This document shows positions 41,741 through 53,818 of a stretch of 64,000 bases of DNA, in pieces (position 1 is the stretch's first letter; every line of letters begins with the position of its first letter). This DNA comes from Trypanosoma brucei (lineage: Eukaryota). The notes below the pieces were generated by a model. That model worked only from the letters and a program-made list of their open reading frames with translations, ran no database searches and had not been told where the DNA came from. Both the position numbers and the translations under genes were made by a program. The stretch spans positions 3,488,001 through 3,552,000 of the forward strand of contig CM000208.1 of assembly GCA_000002445.1 (NCBI GenBank). The letters run 5' to 3'.

Positions 41741-43663
41741 CTACACCTTCTTGACTTGGGACGCCCGAACGAAGACACCCTTCCCTTTCGGGCATGTAAA
41801 GTATTGTTTTTTATCAATAAACGAAGATCCATCGTTAGTCCCTTCATTTCCTTCAAACATTTCCAATCCTATCCAGATACCGGCACCAAAAGCTGTAGGG
41901 CCATTGAAGCGAACAGCCGCACGGAATCCTTTATACGTGACAATGTCACCTATATGCAAATCTTTCGCCGAGCTAACGTGATTAACGGCGGCGGAACGAC
42001 CGGGTGTAGTGGAACGGGTGCCGAAGCGCCCGGGTGTGGTGGTCCTTGTTGAAGTATGGCTCACCGGCAGAGAGCTGTTCGCCAGCCGAGACACACCGGC
42101 ACGCGCTGCCGACGTGCTCCGACCCGTGGTGGTAGTTCGGGACGGCGTACCGCTGCGCATCGGTGTTGAGCCGATGGTACGCGAGTGTGTGGCCCCAGCA
42201 ACCCGAACGGGAGTTCCACGTCGAACGGTACTTGCCGCGCTTCTCGCAAGTGGGCTCCGTGTCGTTAACCTGTTGCCTGCTGGTCGTGACATGGAGCCGT
42301 TGGAACTTTCGTTGGCGCTGCTACGCCCTGGACGCACGCCTGTGCGTGCAGGGGAAGTAACCCGCAGCGAGCTGCTTGTGCCGGCGGCGCGGCCTGCACC
42401 GACACGCGAAGCCGTGGAAGGAGTCTCGGCTCGCCGCGGGGTGCTCGTGCGGCGGTTTTCTTTCTCGCGTGTCGCTCGGCTCTCCTCCCGCCGCTCCTGT
42501 GCCTCTCGCAGTCTCTGGTTTTCACGTTGCAGGAGTGTAATACACTGGTGCAACGCCTGTGCCTCCTTGTTGAACATTTTGCAAGCTTGAGCCACCTCAG
42601 GAGTGGGCAATGTTTCAAGGATTTTTGGTACCATAACCGATTGTCGTGGGCGCGCTACATCCTCTAACCATTGATGCCCAAGCGCGTCGTTGAGAGACAT
42701 TCGTTTGTGGGGATCCTTGTTTAGCAACCTCTCAATGAAATCAAAGGCGATGGGCGATATGCCCTGCGGCTCGGGCAGCGTCGTGTCCATGATGAAACGA
42801 AAAACCTCCTTCTCTGGGGCGTGGGCAGCTGCGGAGTAGGGAAAGCTCCCGGAGAGCATAATGTAAGTCACGACACCAACCGACCATGTGTCTGCCTTGA
42901 AACCATCGTAGTGTGTTTGAGTAAATTTTGCATAAAACATTTCTGGTGGGCCGTACCGAGGCGTGCCAATGACATCTGAGCAAACGATGCGCTTACCAAT
43001 AAGGCGCTCAGCGCCAGGGTATTGCATGGATAAACTAATAGGATCTAATGCATCGCGCTCCTCCGCGGACGTACATATGCCTTTGGACCGCTTAGCAAGA
43101 CCAAAGTCCGTCAACTTGATGTTATCGTCATCACTAACAAGCAGATTCTCCGGTTTTATGTCACGGTGAATAACATCGTGGATGTGACAATGTAGCACAG
43201 CTTTTATTATCTGATATGTGTAGTATTTCGACGTTTCCTCAGACAGTTTCCCCTCCGGTGCTTGGAGAATTATTTCACACAAGTCACCACACTGAACCTC
43301 CTCAAAGAAAAGAAGAAACTCCTCCTCTGTCTCAATGTACTCTAAAAATGTGACAACATTACCATGCGACGGAATGTGACGTAGTACATCGATCTCCCGT
43401 TTCACCTCTGCCATGGCGCGCTCCACATTTCCCTTGGTCAGAGACAAAAGGTACTCCTTCTGTATTATCTTCACAACAACCTTCATTCCTGGTTGAAATG
43501 ACGGTGGCTCGTACGGATCAATAACCGAACAGCGCTTGACTACGCTCCACGCCCCACGCCCGGCGACAGAATCGTTATGGATGATATATTTATTATCTAC
43601 ATGAGTGACATCCGCCGTTGGTGGGTTTTCTTGTGCAGTCACTTCTGTGTCAGTGGATTCCAT
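41741..43663 (-). CDS. Ser/Thr protein kinase (CAMK-like catalytic domain) with a Ser/Thr/Arg-rich linker and a C-terminal CAP-Gly domain
   Basis: The kinase has a lysine in VVVKII, HRDIKPENLL, DFGLAK and GTPRYGPPE. The linker is STPxR/SRTxT low complexity. A C-terminal GDIVTYKGFRAAVRFNGPTAFGAGIWIGLEMFEGNEGTNDGSSFIDKKQYFTCPKGKGVFV matches the CAP-Gly consensus (GxxV...G.VRF.G.T.F..G.W.G.E.......G.NDG......YF.C....G.F). The first ATG (MESTD) is at 43663. The track start is TTG. Confidence 0.75.
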   Translation of the reverse strand: MESTDTEVTAQENPPTADVTHVDNKYIIHNDSVAGRGAWSVVKRCSVIDPYEPPSFQPGMKVVVKIIQKEYLLSLTKGNVERAMAEVKREIDVLRHIPSHGNVVTFLEYIETEEEFLLFFEEVQCGDLCEIILQAPEGKLSEETSKYYTYQIIKAVLHCHIHDVIHRDIKPENLLVSDDDNIKLTDFGLAKRSKGICTSAEERDALDPISLSMQYPGAERLIGKRIVCSDVIGTPRYGPPEMFYAKFTQTHYDGFKADTWSVGVVTYIMLSGSFPYSAAAHAPEKEVFRFIMDTTLPEPQGISPIAFDFIERLLNKDPHKRMSLNDALGHQWLEDVARPRQSVMVPKILETLPTPEVAQACKMFNKEAQALHQCITLLQRENQRLREAQERREESRATREKENRRTSTPRRAETPSTASRVGAGRAAGTSSSLRVTSPARTGVRPGRSSANESSNGSMSRPAGNRLTTRSPLARSAASTVRRGTPVRVAGATHSRTIGSTPMRSGTPSRTTTTGRSTSAARAGVSRLANSSLPVSHTSTRTTTPGRFGTRSTTPGRSAAVNHVSSAKDLHIGDIVTYKGFRAAVRFNGPTAFGAGIWIGLEMFEGNEGTNDGSSFIDKKQYFTCPKGKGVFVRASQVKKV

Positions 43664-45285
43664 TTCAATAAGAAACCCCAACGCAGAGAGATTATCACTG
43701 GTATATAAAAGGGAAGCAACGCTGCCTTTTTTTGCTTTCTTACACCTAATTTATTTTTACACCGTTTCATTAAGAACACACGTTGAGAGAAAAAAAGGCA
43801 GAAAAGACAATTTCATTGCGAAGCAAATATAACCAAAAGAGAGGGGGGATAGTAGTGCCGGCACCAGCCACGGGTGTACAGGGGAAAGGGGGAAAAAAAG
43901 CAATTGATGAAATTGATGAGAGGAAGGAAGAACAAGAAGGGGGATGAAAGCATTCAGCCTTTTTCTTTTTTTTCCTTCTAACGGGAAGCCAAGAAGCACC
44001 ACTCGTGGACGTAAATAGTTAGTGGGGCACCATTCTTCCATATTACCCCCGGGGGAGATAAACACTAGGTATATCTTTAAATGTATATACCGGCGAGCTG
44101 ACACCACAGAGCCGTCACAAGCAAGGCGATGGTCCCCCCTACGAGCAAAAACAAACAAACAACAAATAAATGGAGAAAAAAGTTACGAAAAACAGGTGGC
44201 AGTCACGTAGAGGCAATGGGAAGGAGAGAGAAAAGCATAACAACCGAAGAACAAAAACAAACGAGTTGGAAACCAAAGAGGATGACAGAAGCGTATTTAT
44301 CCCCACGGATACGTAAAGCAGCAGGGGCCACGTCCTACATCATGTAAGTACCAAAAAGCATGCCCTGGAGAACTTCCTACTCCCAAGAAGTAAAAATAAG
44401 AGGCAACATCCACCGCCACACACGCCTCCAGCTTAGAAAGGGTATCACATGCAATAATGCGGCACCACCTAGCCTGCCTTCAGCTCTCATTTTAACAAAT
44501 ATGTCAGACATACACATTTTGCACGGAAGAAAGCAAACGAATCGAGAGGATCCCACTGCAAGACGGGAGGCAAAAGGGTGAAAACAACGTCACTCACGCA
44601 CGTGTACGCAAACACGGTCTGTAGGGATGACCCAGGACACACGCTTCAACCCTTCACAGAGGCGAAACTGGAAACACAAATAAGAGAAGCAAAAGGCAAA
44701 TAAAATGAATAATAAACCTTGGGTCTTCAAGCAAAGGGGCAGCACCGGAAAAAGGAACATTCACAACACTGACACCGTTAGTGTAAGTGTCGCCTCTTAT
44801 TGAAAATTAGGTCCAGTATTCCCTATTCTGGCCTCTCCAGAGTGCATTCACCTTGCATTCGTTCCACGTGCTCAAACGTTGGAGGTACAACCGACCCCAG
44901 ACTCTAGCATCCGCCACAAACACAGTCCCTCAGGTGAAACGCCTTTTCACAAATCCCTTTCTCCTACCTGGTTCCGTGGAGAATTCCCCCCCCCTCTCTC
45001 TACTCCCTTTGTCACCCACTCTACCACTTATCCAACCACTAATCACCAAATTTCCTTCCTTTTCCCCTCCCCTTTCTGTCCCTTTCCATCATTCCATCCA
45101 CCATAGGTGCCATTGCTCACTACCACATTCCTTCAAATTGTGCTGTCCTCTTCCCCCACCCCTTACATCAAACAGCACGTTTTGCCTCCTATAGCACGCC
45201 AGTCTGCATTATTCGCTTTTTCTCCTCCCCTAAAAAAAAAAAAATCATTCCTACAAATTAATTTTATCTTTAAACTCAGTCGCCG

Positions 45286-46140
45286 CTAGACCTTTAAGAA
45301 GGGATGTTGCAAGAGCGTTGCAGCGTCGGGGCGCTCCGCAACGGTGCGACGGAAACATAAGTCAAGAAAATCGTACGCCTCCTGCGATCCTAAGGCATTA
45401 GGGTCCTTTGGGATAGCATCGGGCCAACCTGTGGACATGGCGAGTTTGTTCATTATATGCATCACATTAGCCATGGGTGTCCACGGTGCACGACCCGTAA
45501 TCATCTCGGCAACCGTGCACCCAGCCGACCAAATATCCGCCTTAAATGGATCGTACCCATTCTCATCCGTAATAACTTCTGGGGCCATCCAGTAAGGAGT
45601 GCCTGCAAGCGTGGATGTCGCCGCCTGCCGAAGAGTTCCATATGTGGTCATAACCTTCGCTTGGTCGAAATCGGCGAGCTTTGCTATGCCTGTGTCCATT
45701 GATATAAGCAGGTTGTCCCCCTTTATATCACGGTGAGCAACTTTATTCCGGTGCAAATATTCCAATCCAGAAAACATTTGGCGGGAATACACACGCACCA
45801 CTGGGTACGGCAGATGACCATTGGGGAGAGTCTTCATGAGCGACGAAACGGAGCCGCCAGTGACAAACTCGAGATACAAGTACAAACGTTTGGGCGTGCT
45901 CTCGTTATCGATGCGGCTGTGAAGGTATCGAATGACGTTTTCATGCACCAACTTCTTGTGAACCTCCACCTCGGTGTTAGTTGGGGAATCTTCCGCCAAT
46001 TCCAACTCCTTAACAGCAACAAACTGCCCACTGGGAAGGATGCCGGCATATACTGAGCCAAAGCTCCCGCTACCAAGTTTCTTACCCATCGTTATTTGGT
46101 TCAACTCAGCCACATCCACGGAACACATGCCTGCGGGCAT
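45286..46140 (-). CDS. protein kinase, STE/MAP3K-like catalytic domain only (284 aa), with an atypical DFD in place of DFG
   Basis: GSGSFGSV glycine loop, VAVK, HRDIKGDNLL, KLADFDQA (DFD), GTPYWMAPEV. ATG at 46138-46140. Confidence 0.75.
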   Translation of the reverse strand: MPAGMCSVDVAELNQITMGKKLGSGSFGSVYAGILPSGQFVAVKELELAEDSPTNTEVEVHKKLVHENVIRYLHSRIDNESTPKRLYLYLEFVTGGSVSSLMKTLPNGHLPYPVVRVYSRQMFSGLEYLHRNKVAHRDIKGDNLLISMDTGIAKLADFDQAKVMTTYGTLRQAATSTLAGTPYWMAPEVITDENGYDPFKADIWSAGCTVAEMITGRAPWTPMANVMHIMNKLAMSTGWPDAIPKDPNALGSQEAYDFLDLCFRRTVAERPDAATLLQHPFLKV

Positions 46141-46897
46141 TTCACTTAGTCTTTTCCCGCCCTCTTCCCGGGTATGGATGGGTTCCTTTTGTTTTCCTTT
46201 GTGTGAACGGCTGATTACCTTATTACTTTTCCTTTTTGGTTTTCACCGTAGATATGGCAAAGAAGCCAAAACAATCCTTGATGACTGTCATTTAAGCGCA
46301 GCCAGTCGCGGGCGGCCATGCACGCAGCACCAGATAAAGTAGAGGAGGGAAATCCGGTGTGAACTACGAGCAGAAGGTATCATTCAAATAGCCCGACTGA
46401 GCTGACGAAGTGAACCTGCACAAAAATTAGAAAAGGCGATTCTCACGAAGTTCCCTTAAAATAAATTGCTGTTAAGAAACGCGCGGGCATTTTATCCTTA
46501 TTATATCTTTTCTTTACTTATATTTACCCTTTTTTTTCTTTGTTCCGGCGATTGTACGTAACACCTCCTTTGTCGCACCAGTGGCACTCCTATCCTCATC
46601 CCGCTCCATCCCAGGCTCTGCTATGCCACCATCATCAACACCGCCTCCCTCCGCCTCTACAATCCCTTCCCCACCGTTCATGCACTCCGGTCCCATCGAC
46701 CTTTCGCGTGGACTAAATGAGGGAAAAGAAAGGGAGGAAAAGGGCAAGGCAGTAGCTTAGCGGCGTACTTCATCCGTCTTCTAGCCGCTCCTGAATCAAA
46801 GCTATCTTTCTCGCTCCCCAGTTTCTCTCATACTTTCCTTAACAAAAAAAAAAAAGACACTGCGATGTCTTATCACACACACACACACGGCGTTTCA

Positions 46898-48046
46898 CTA
46901 CTCCTTGCGCTTCTTCTCTAGCGAAAACGGAAGCTTGCTCGTTGTCAGCAGCAATTCGTCGGTGTATGGAGGAAGCTCTGGCGCCTTCTGCATTTTCAAG
47001 CCAGTCACAACTTCAATCTTTTTGGCTGTCACGAGCAACGTCACCTTGAAATGCCCAACTACCTCGCCGTCCTTCTCGTAGAGCACAGGGTACGGAACAA
47101 CGGCACTATGTTTTACCATCTCCGATAGACCGAGGCGAGCTTTCTTCGTCTCTAAGTTGCGGAAGGCAAAAGGAAATGTTCCATATTTTGACTCAATCTC
47201 TCGCTGAAGCTCACGTGCCGACTCCATCTTCATGGTGTACTTGCTGTCCAGGGCTACCTTGAAGACGGAGGGACGAAGATCCCGCTCCTTCAGTTTGCCC
47301 TTTCCAGAGCTCATGACAATGTCCAATGTCCACACCTGCCCAGCTTCCAAAGTGTAGTCATGGACAAGATGCTCAGCCACCTTCTTTTGGGGAATACAGC
47401 GGAAGCTGTCCACAATGTAGCGCTTCAGCATGTGCGAAAGCACTCCCTCCGCGGGTGTTACGCCGTAGTGAGCAGCAGCTTTTTCGATGACCTCTGTTAC
47501 CTCATACACATTTGTGCCTGGACGCATCTTGCGCACAGCAGTGTTAAGGATCTTGTAAGCAGCTGTAATTACCTTCGCTGCCTTCTCATCCGAACCAAGC
47601 TCTTTGTTTTCCGTCACCTGTACCGTATGCGCTACCTGAGCACAGTATCCATCAATGTGAATGCCCAAGTCAACGTGTACAACATCACCAAGTTGCACCA
47701 CTTGTGAGGCTGCATCGTCACCGGGAGATGGGCAATTGTGCGCCACGCAGTTGTTCAGCGAAATGCAAGTGGGAAAGGCAATACCCTTCTCTGTGCCCCT
47801 AAACATCGTCCTCAACTTCTTCGCGATCGTTTCATCACCCAGTTTGCACAAGTCGTAAACCTTTGCACCAGGTACGATGGCGTCAAGAAGAACCTGCAGC
47901 GTCTCGTTACACCAGACAGCGGCCTTCTTGTACCGCATCACGACATCAGAGTTGTTGATAGTGGTATCTTCTTCTTCCTCTTCGGCTTGTTCATCCACGT
48001 CTTCCCATTCCTCAATCTTCCCCTCCTCACCTTCTGGCCGAGACAT
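46898..48046 (-). CDS. proliferation-associated 2G4 / EBP1-like protein (M24 methionine-aminopeptidase fold, probably non-peptidase) with an acidic N-terminal extension
   Basis: The M24-like core is VVMRYKKAAVWCNETLQVLLDAIVPGAKVYDLCKLGDETI...IAFPTCISLNNCVAHNCP...GDVVHVDLGIHIDGYCAQVAHT. It has a K-rich C-terminus (EKKRKE) and the N-terminus EEEEEDTT. ATG at 48044-48046. Confidence 0.7.
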   Translation of the reverse strand: MSRPEGEEGKIEEWEDVDEQAEEEEEDTTINNSDVVMRYKKAAVWCNETLQVLLDAIVPGAKVYDLCKLGDETIAKKLRTMFRGTEKGIAFPTCISLNNCVAHNCPSPGDDAASQVVQLGDVVHVDLGIHIDGYCAQVAHTVQVTENKELGSDEKAAKVITAAYKILNTAVRKMRPGTNVYEVTEVIEKAAAHYGVTPAEGVLSHMLKRYIVDSFRCIPQKKVAEHLVHDYTLEAGQVWTLDIVMSSGKGKLKERDLRPSVFKVALDSKYTMKMESARELQREIESKYGTFPFAFRNLETKKARLGLSEMVKHSAVVPYPVLYEKDGEVVGHFKVTLLVTAKKIEVVTGLKMQKAPELPPYTDELLLTTSKLPFSLEKKRKE

Positions 48047-49926
48047 CGCTTATTATGGTTTGGTGATAGTGATAAAGGCACAAAATGTTTACTAACACCC
48101 GTGTGACAGATATGAGCCGTGCTCCTCAACTTCAAAAAGGAAAAAACTGAGCAGAGGCAGGGTAGGAATAAAAGAGAACAAACACCGAAAGAGAGAAGGG
48201 TCAGTGAACATAGTATCATCCACACGAAGGCCACAACACCAACAGCAAAGTCAATGACAGCAACCAAAAACAAAAAACGGACAGATACCCTGGGGAGAAG
48301 GAGGGGGAGTCGCTCTCTTTACAACAGTTAGAGGAGGACAAGAAGTGGCACCTTCGAAAATTACCGGGGAAAGTTGCAAGGAAAGTGCAGCAGATAGGGT
48401 GGGGCCAGACCCTCTGCACATCCGATTAAGCACCAGAAGAGCCAACAGTACGCCCCTCACCACGGGGCATTATCAACAAGTGACAGCGTCCATGTTCAAA
48501 ACTTGCCAGAGTACACTGAAGTGCAAGATCGTGAACATTTAAAAATAACAAAAAAGGCGCTGCGAAACAATATCTCAAACGATGAAGGGCAAACATGACA
48601 GAACCTTGATTCAGGAATGCGGGACAATAACGTACAATGATTATTCGATATGTGTGGGTGTCCCCCATGTCGTCACCGTCGCAACTGCAGCACGGGTCGG
48701 TGCACCATGACACGTACCTCAACAGTCTGTAGCGAAAGATCACATTAGAGAAGTTCAATCAGACAAATTGTAAAGTGAGAGAATCTTAGCAACCTCATTT
48801 GTCATGAAAATTACACTCTCCCTCCTCAACCACCACCACTAAAAAAAAAAATACGAAAAATGCAAGATTATCCGACAGAACAGCACCTTCAAGCCACTTC
48901 ATGTGGGGGAGCGACGTATTGTGCGGCAAAGAAGATATCAAGTTCAAGGAGTGTTTACACAAAGTAAAAGGCAAACGTACATAACGCAAATCACAGCTCA
49001 AAGAGGCTGAACCCTTTCCTAATCGTATATTAAAAAGAGGAGTGCACACGACAGCATGGCTGAATGTGCCAATCAATGCAGCAAAACATTCGCTTCCCTT
49101 CCACCTCATTTCGTAATATCACCGCAGCCTTATTCTCTAATGATTTATTAATAATAACATCCATTTCCTGAGGGGCACAAACAGTGCAGATATGTAATTT
49201 ACCAACCCTTCAATGAAAACACGCAAGAATTTGTTGCTGGGACCCTCAAACACAAACATGATCGACACAACGCCACTCGGTGAGCCAACGGGCACCATTG
49301 CACTGCAAAGTCAACCGAAGACCACCGGAAATCATCACAAAACTATGCACAGCGTGGACAAATGCTCCGTATCCAGTACGAAAGTTGGGAGCAGCAGTAG
49401 CAGTGCCTTCGTATTTAATCACGCCCACCCTCACCCTCTGAGATTATTCCATTCCACCGCACAATGTGTTGTCGGCATATAGCTTGACAAAACAGGACCC
49501 CATACCCTTGCCAAGTGCAGGAAGACTTTCACCAAAACAAGTAACCAGATGGGTGGCTCACGTCCCACTGTTTTAATTCAACTCCCACGTGGGTGCGATC
49601 AGCGACTCAATATCATTGTGTGAGGTCCGCAGCACAAGCGGGTTTCCATGCAACACATAAAGGCATTCTTACGTTAGACGCCCGTAAAATGAGTGGTACG
49701 GCACAAAACCACAAATTGTTCAAAAACTAGTCCACCATAAGAGTATACACAACCCAACCACGCTCTCGACCGTCAGTCATGTCTACCAGAGGTCAACCGG
49801 ACTCAAAAAAAAAAAAAACGTCCCCTCCGGTGAGGCACCCAATGTCCAGGCAAAAACAAGAAAAAAGCACACCAAAATTATTCGAAACGATCCACATGTA
49901 AAAATGCCGCGGATCCTCACCCGAGG

Positions 49927-51090
49927 TTAAAAGTTGAACGCTTCATCGTCAAGTCCAGGTTTGGGAGGCAGTTGCGATCCGGCAGAATCTGATCCGGGAG
50001 GTCCTCCCCCAAAAAACAAGGTCGTAGATGAACTAGCCCGGTCCCTTCCTAGTGTAGCTGCAGAAGAAGCTCCCTCGCATCCACCAAAGCTTGTCGTACT
50101 GACACTTAACCTGCGTGCAGCACCGGCAGCATGAAATGGGTTGTGAGGCTGGCCGGTGGCGATACCCGCATACATTGCCGTCGCTGTACCCCCAGCCTCC
50201 GCCGCACTTCCTGTGCCAGTGAAGTAAGGATGCCGAAGACACTGCGTAGCTGTTAGACGGTCACTCGGGTTAAACTTCAACATCTGTTCCATTAAATCGA
50301 TGGCGTTTGGTGGAGCACCAGCCAATAACTGTCGTAGTGGCGTTGGAGCCACCGTTGGAAAGCGCATATTTAGGCGACGCAAGAGCTGGTAACCTTCATC
50401 CCACTCTGCGGTAGTTGGAGCCCCAAGAATTGAACAGATCTTGAACAGTTGGTCATTACCTGACGACCCCGGAAAGAGGGGTCGGTTCAGATAAAGCTCA
50501 GCAAATATGACACCGCAAGCCCATATATCTACAGGGGAATTGTAGTGAGTGGAACGGAGGATTATTTCCGGTGCCCTGTACCACCGAGTCGACACATATT
50601 CCGTGAACGGTGGCCGAGAACGAATTTCCTTAGCTAATCCAAAGTCGGCCACCTTCACAACATCCCCCTTCGTCAGCAAATTTTCAGGTTTCAGATCGCG
50701 ATGCATGAAACCGTTCTTGTGCATGGCCTGTACCGCTAAAAGAGTCTGGCACATAATGCTTCGAATTTCCCGGTCATTGAAAATGCTTTGAACACCTCCC
50801 ATTTGTTCGGACCGCATCCGTTGAATCCCAAAGAGGTTCATTTCCATATACTCAAATATAAGAAAGAGTTCGTTGTTCTCGCGAACAACCTCCCTTAGCT
50901 TTACGATGTTAGGATGGTGCACCTTCCTAAGAAACTGAACCTCACGTAGTTGTAAACACTCCTCCCAGTTAGAGAAACGTTGCTTCATCTTTTTAACGGC
51001 AACAACTTCTCCTGTGCTGGTGTTTTGGGCCTTACTCACGACACCGAACGAACCGTCACCTAGCTGACCCAATATCGTATACCGATTCAT
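49927..51090 (-). CDS. CMGC protein kinase of the RCK (MAK/ICK/MOK/LF4-like) type with a TEY activation-loop motif and a Gly/Ala/Ser-rich C-terminal tail
   Basis: GDGSFGVV, VAVKKMK, HRDLKPENLL, DFGLAKE, TEYVSTRWYRAPE, DIWACGVIFAEL. ATG at 51088-51090. Confidence 0.75.
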   Translation of the reverse strand: MNRYTILGQLGDGSFGVVSKAQNTSTGEVVAVKKMKQRFSNWEECLQLREVQFLRKVHHPNIVKLREVVRENNELFLIFEYMEMNLFGIQRMRSEQMGGVQSIFNDREIRSIMCQTLLAVQAMHKNGFMHRDLKPENLLTKGDVVKVADFGLAKEIRSRPPFTEYVSTRWYRAPEIILRSTHYNSPVDIWACGVIFAELYLNRPLFPGSSGNDQLFKICSILGAPTTAEWDEGYQLLRRLNMRFPTVAPTPLRQLLAGAPPNAIDLMEQMLKFNPSDRLTATQCLRHPYFTGTGSAAEAGGTATAMYAGIATGQPHNPFHAAGAARRLSVSTTSFGGCEGASSAATLGRDRASSSTTLFFGGGPPGSDSAGSQLPPKPGLDDEAFNF

Positions 51091-51756
51091 CTCCTCCGCA
51101 CTTTCGTAAAGCAGATAACCGAAAGAAGTTTATCACTCACCTATTACTGCCCTGTATGAAGTTTTATCTCTATTAAAATATGTGTTACCTTTCCTTCCCC
51201 CCTTGGGTATCTCTGACAGTGGGGGCCACCTTTTCGTATTTCCCTCTCCTACCTCCGATAGTATACGGACCAGCGTATACGAGTTGGAGAATGTCACTAA
51301 CTTAATGCGTATATTATATAATAACCAAACACAAAATCACTCTGTCAAGTTAAAAAAAAAAATTAGAAAGGAAGAGGAGGGAAAAGTCAACATGTGTAAC
51401 AGGGATTTGGAAGGCAGGACAGATAACACAAAAACATGAATACGTCTCCAGGAAACCTTGACAAACGTACCCCGTGCTGCGAGGAAGTAACCACGCCAGC
51501 TTCAGTGTTGTGAATTCAAATAGAAAAAAAGTAAATTAGGAGGGACAAAAAAACATCCCCTACCCCTGCCGGCTCCCCTTTCCCCTACCTTCACAATCGC
51601 GCATGCAAATATCACTCCTGATCGTCGCCACCCTTCCCGTAACATCATACATTTCACTCGCAACAATGATAACTTGTAAATAACGGAATAACATGCAGGA
51701 ACATCGAAACAGAGCGTGATAGGCGCATGAACATAGTCGTAAAACGAGTTGGATAT

Positions 51757-52239
51757 TCACTTCTTCGGCTGGGGTTTCGCGGATCCAAACGGTTGTCCGG
51801 CCTTCACTCCGCGGAGATGGATTCCAAACGCCCGTTCCATCTTCACAAGGACGCGCTCCTCAGGCACAGCCTTACCGTTTTCGTACTCAGTCACCACACC
51901 CACTCGCTCAGCGATTTGTTGTGCGAGCATCTGTTGGGTCCATCCTTTCGCTTGGCGTGCCTTCTGGATTGCTAGGCGAAGTCCATTGTCCACACGCTTC
52001 ACCTTCAGTGTCTCGGTATCCTCATCCAACCGTTTTGCGTTTGCACCTGGTCCTCCTTTCTGCACGTTGGAGCGGAAATGCTCCTTCTTGATTACCTCCA
52101 CATTGCCACCCCTCTGCAGTGCTCGGTTCGCCTCCGCTTCACTTACACGAGTCGGCCTCTGCTGAGTGTTTTTCCTGTTGTGGATGTTAAACACTTGCGG
52201 CTCCCAGTCCTGGCCCGTCATGATTTGACCGCGAGCCAT
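51757..52239 (-). CDS. MBF1: multiprotein bridging factor 1 (MBF1), with an HTH_3 domain
   Basis: 160 aa. AKGWTQQMLAQQIAERVGVVTEYENGKAVPEERVLVKMERAFGIHLRG is the MBF1 helix-turn-helix. An MBF1 N-terminal domain precedes it. ATG at 52237-52239. Confidence 0.8.
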   Translation of the reverse strand: MARGQIMTGQDWEPQVFNIHNRKNTQQRPTRVSEAEANRALQRGGNVEVIKKEHFRSNVQKGGPGANAKRLDEDTETLKVKRVDNGLRLAIQKARQAKGWTQQMLAQQIAERVGVVTEYENGKAVPEERVLVKMERAFGIHLRGVKAGQPFGSAKPQPKK

Positions 52240-52894
52240 CTTTTAGCTTAACACTATAATTAAGAAAGACCCCTTCACTTTTCTAATTAGTGCTGCGTAT
52301 TTTAAAAGCGAAAAAATTAAAAATTAAAGAGGTTAAAGATGTGGCAGGGACGGTAACTGACGACGAGACAAAAAAAAGAAAAAAAAAGACTCGCACAGCT
52401 ACTGCACCCACGAAACCTTTAAAAAACATTCGTAAACAGAGCGTTAAACGCCACACGCACTAACGTAGGGCAGCATACATCAATTGCTAATTATCATTTA
52501 AGTGAACGACAAAAAACAATGAATCGCTAAAACATTATCCCCCATAAATCGGGAGTAACAAATAAAAACCAGCAACGGCACATTCTATTCCTAACATTCA
52601 ACAATAGTGTCCATGCATACACTTCAAACTGCAAGACTACTACTTACCTACGCTAAAGAATTAAAACAAACGTCACCGTGCTAACAGAAATTAATATGCA
52701 TCAAAGCCACTTCCACAGTTTGCGCTCGTTGCCGCTCATGATAATCGTGACCTTCTTGGCCTTTGCCCTATTTTTTTTCTCTTAAAACAAACATATATCT
52801 CATCAAAGGCAGGTTCCCCCGCGCGCACTGCGTCCGTGATCCCGCACCCTACTGAAAACAGAAGATGACGGTACAACGTACCTCAATGAAATCA

Positions 52895-53818
52895 CTAATT
52901 CGATCTGCGCCACTCCACATAAATGGGTTTCAGCGCATCCACGCCGGAAAGTACACCAGCGCCAGCGATACCGCGTAGGATGTTTGCACCAGCGCCTCGC
53001 ATCAGGGACGCAGCTCCCTCCTGTTTAATCACCTGCAACATACAATCCATCGAGTTCTTGTACTTCACAGCAGCACCTGATGTCATCATCATGCGCCGGC
53101 GAACGGTGTCCAACGGGTAAGAAAGAAGCCCCGCCACAATAGTCACAGCCCATCCAAGGAAGAAGTTTACGATGAATGTGTCCACAGGAAGCATTGGCTG
53201 AAGGGTGTCGTAAAGACCAAAGTAGAAACCACGGTACACAACAATACCAATACAGGATACCACAAAGCCACGATACAACCCAGCGATGCCATCACTCTTC
53301 CATGTCTTGACATAGCAGTCCACAATACCGTTAAATTGGCGCTCCCCACCACCCTTCACAGACTTCGTGTCGTTAGCGAGACGGGTACGGACGTAGTCCA
53401 AGGAATACACAAAACAAAGAGATGCAGCACCAGCGAGACCACCAGATGCCATGTTACCCATAAACCACTTGCCATAGCCATCCTTCTCCTTTTTGTAATT
53501 GAACATCCTCTTAAATTTATCCTTAAAGGCGAAATTCAGCGCCTGAGTTGGAAAGTAACGCAGAACATTTGACAGGTTACCTCGCCAAAGCGGATACACG
53601 CCCTCCGTGCTGATGGTGCGCCGAAAGCAGTCAACGACACCGTTGTATGGCTTGTCCAGTCGGCCTTGCTTCATCATCTCTCCCTGGTTCTGTACGAGCA
53701 GTTTTACTCTTTCGATTGGAGCAGCCGCCGTCTTGGATAAACCGGCAGCGACACCACCAATCATAAACTCCTCAAGGAACCCAAGTTTGGGGGCCGGTTC
53801 CCGCTTTTTATCCGTCAT
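52895..53818 (-). CDS. mitochondrial ADP/ATP carrier (AAC, SLC25 family), tandem copy 1
   Basis: 307 aa with three mitochondrial-carrier repeats. The RRRMMM AAC signature (DTVRRRMMM), with [26 protein letters not shown] and GNMASGG. ATG at 53816-53818. Confidence 0.92.
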   Translation of the reverse strand: MTDKKREPAPKLGFLEEFMIGGVAAGLSKTAAAPIERVKLLVQNQGEMMKQGRLDKPYNGVVDCFRRTISTEGVYPLWRGNLSNVLRYFPTQALNFAFKDKFKRMFNYKKEKDGYGKWFMGNMASGGLAGAASLCFVYSLDYVRTRLANDTKSVKGGGERQFNGIVDCYVKTWKSDGIAGLYRGFVVSCIGIVVYRGFYFGLYDTLQPMLPVDTFIVNFFLGWAVTIVAGLLSYPLDTVRRRMMMTSGAAVKYKNSMDCMLQVIKQEGAASLMRGAGANILRGIAGAGVLSGVDALKPIYVEWRRSN

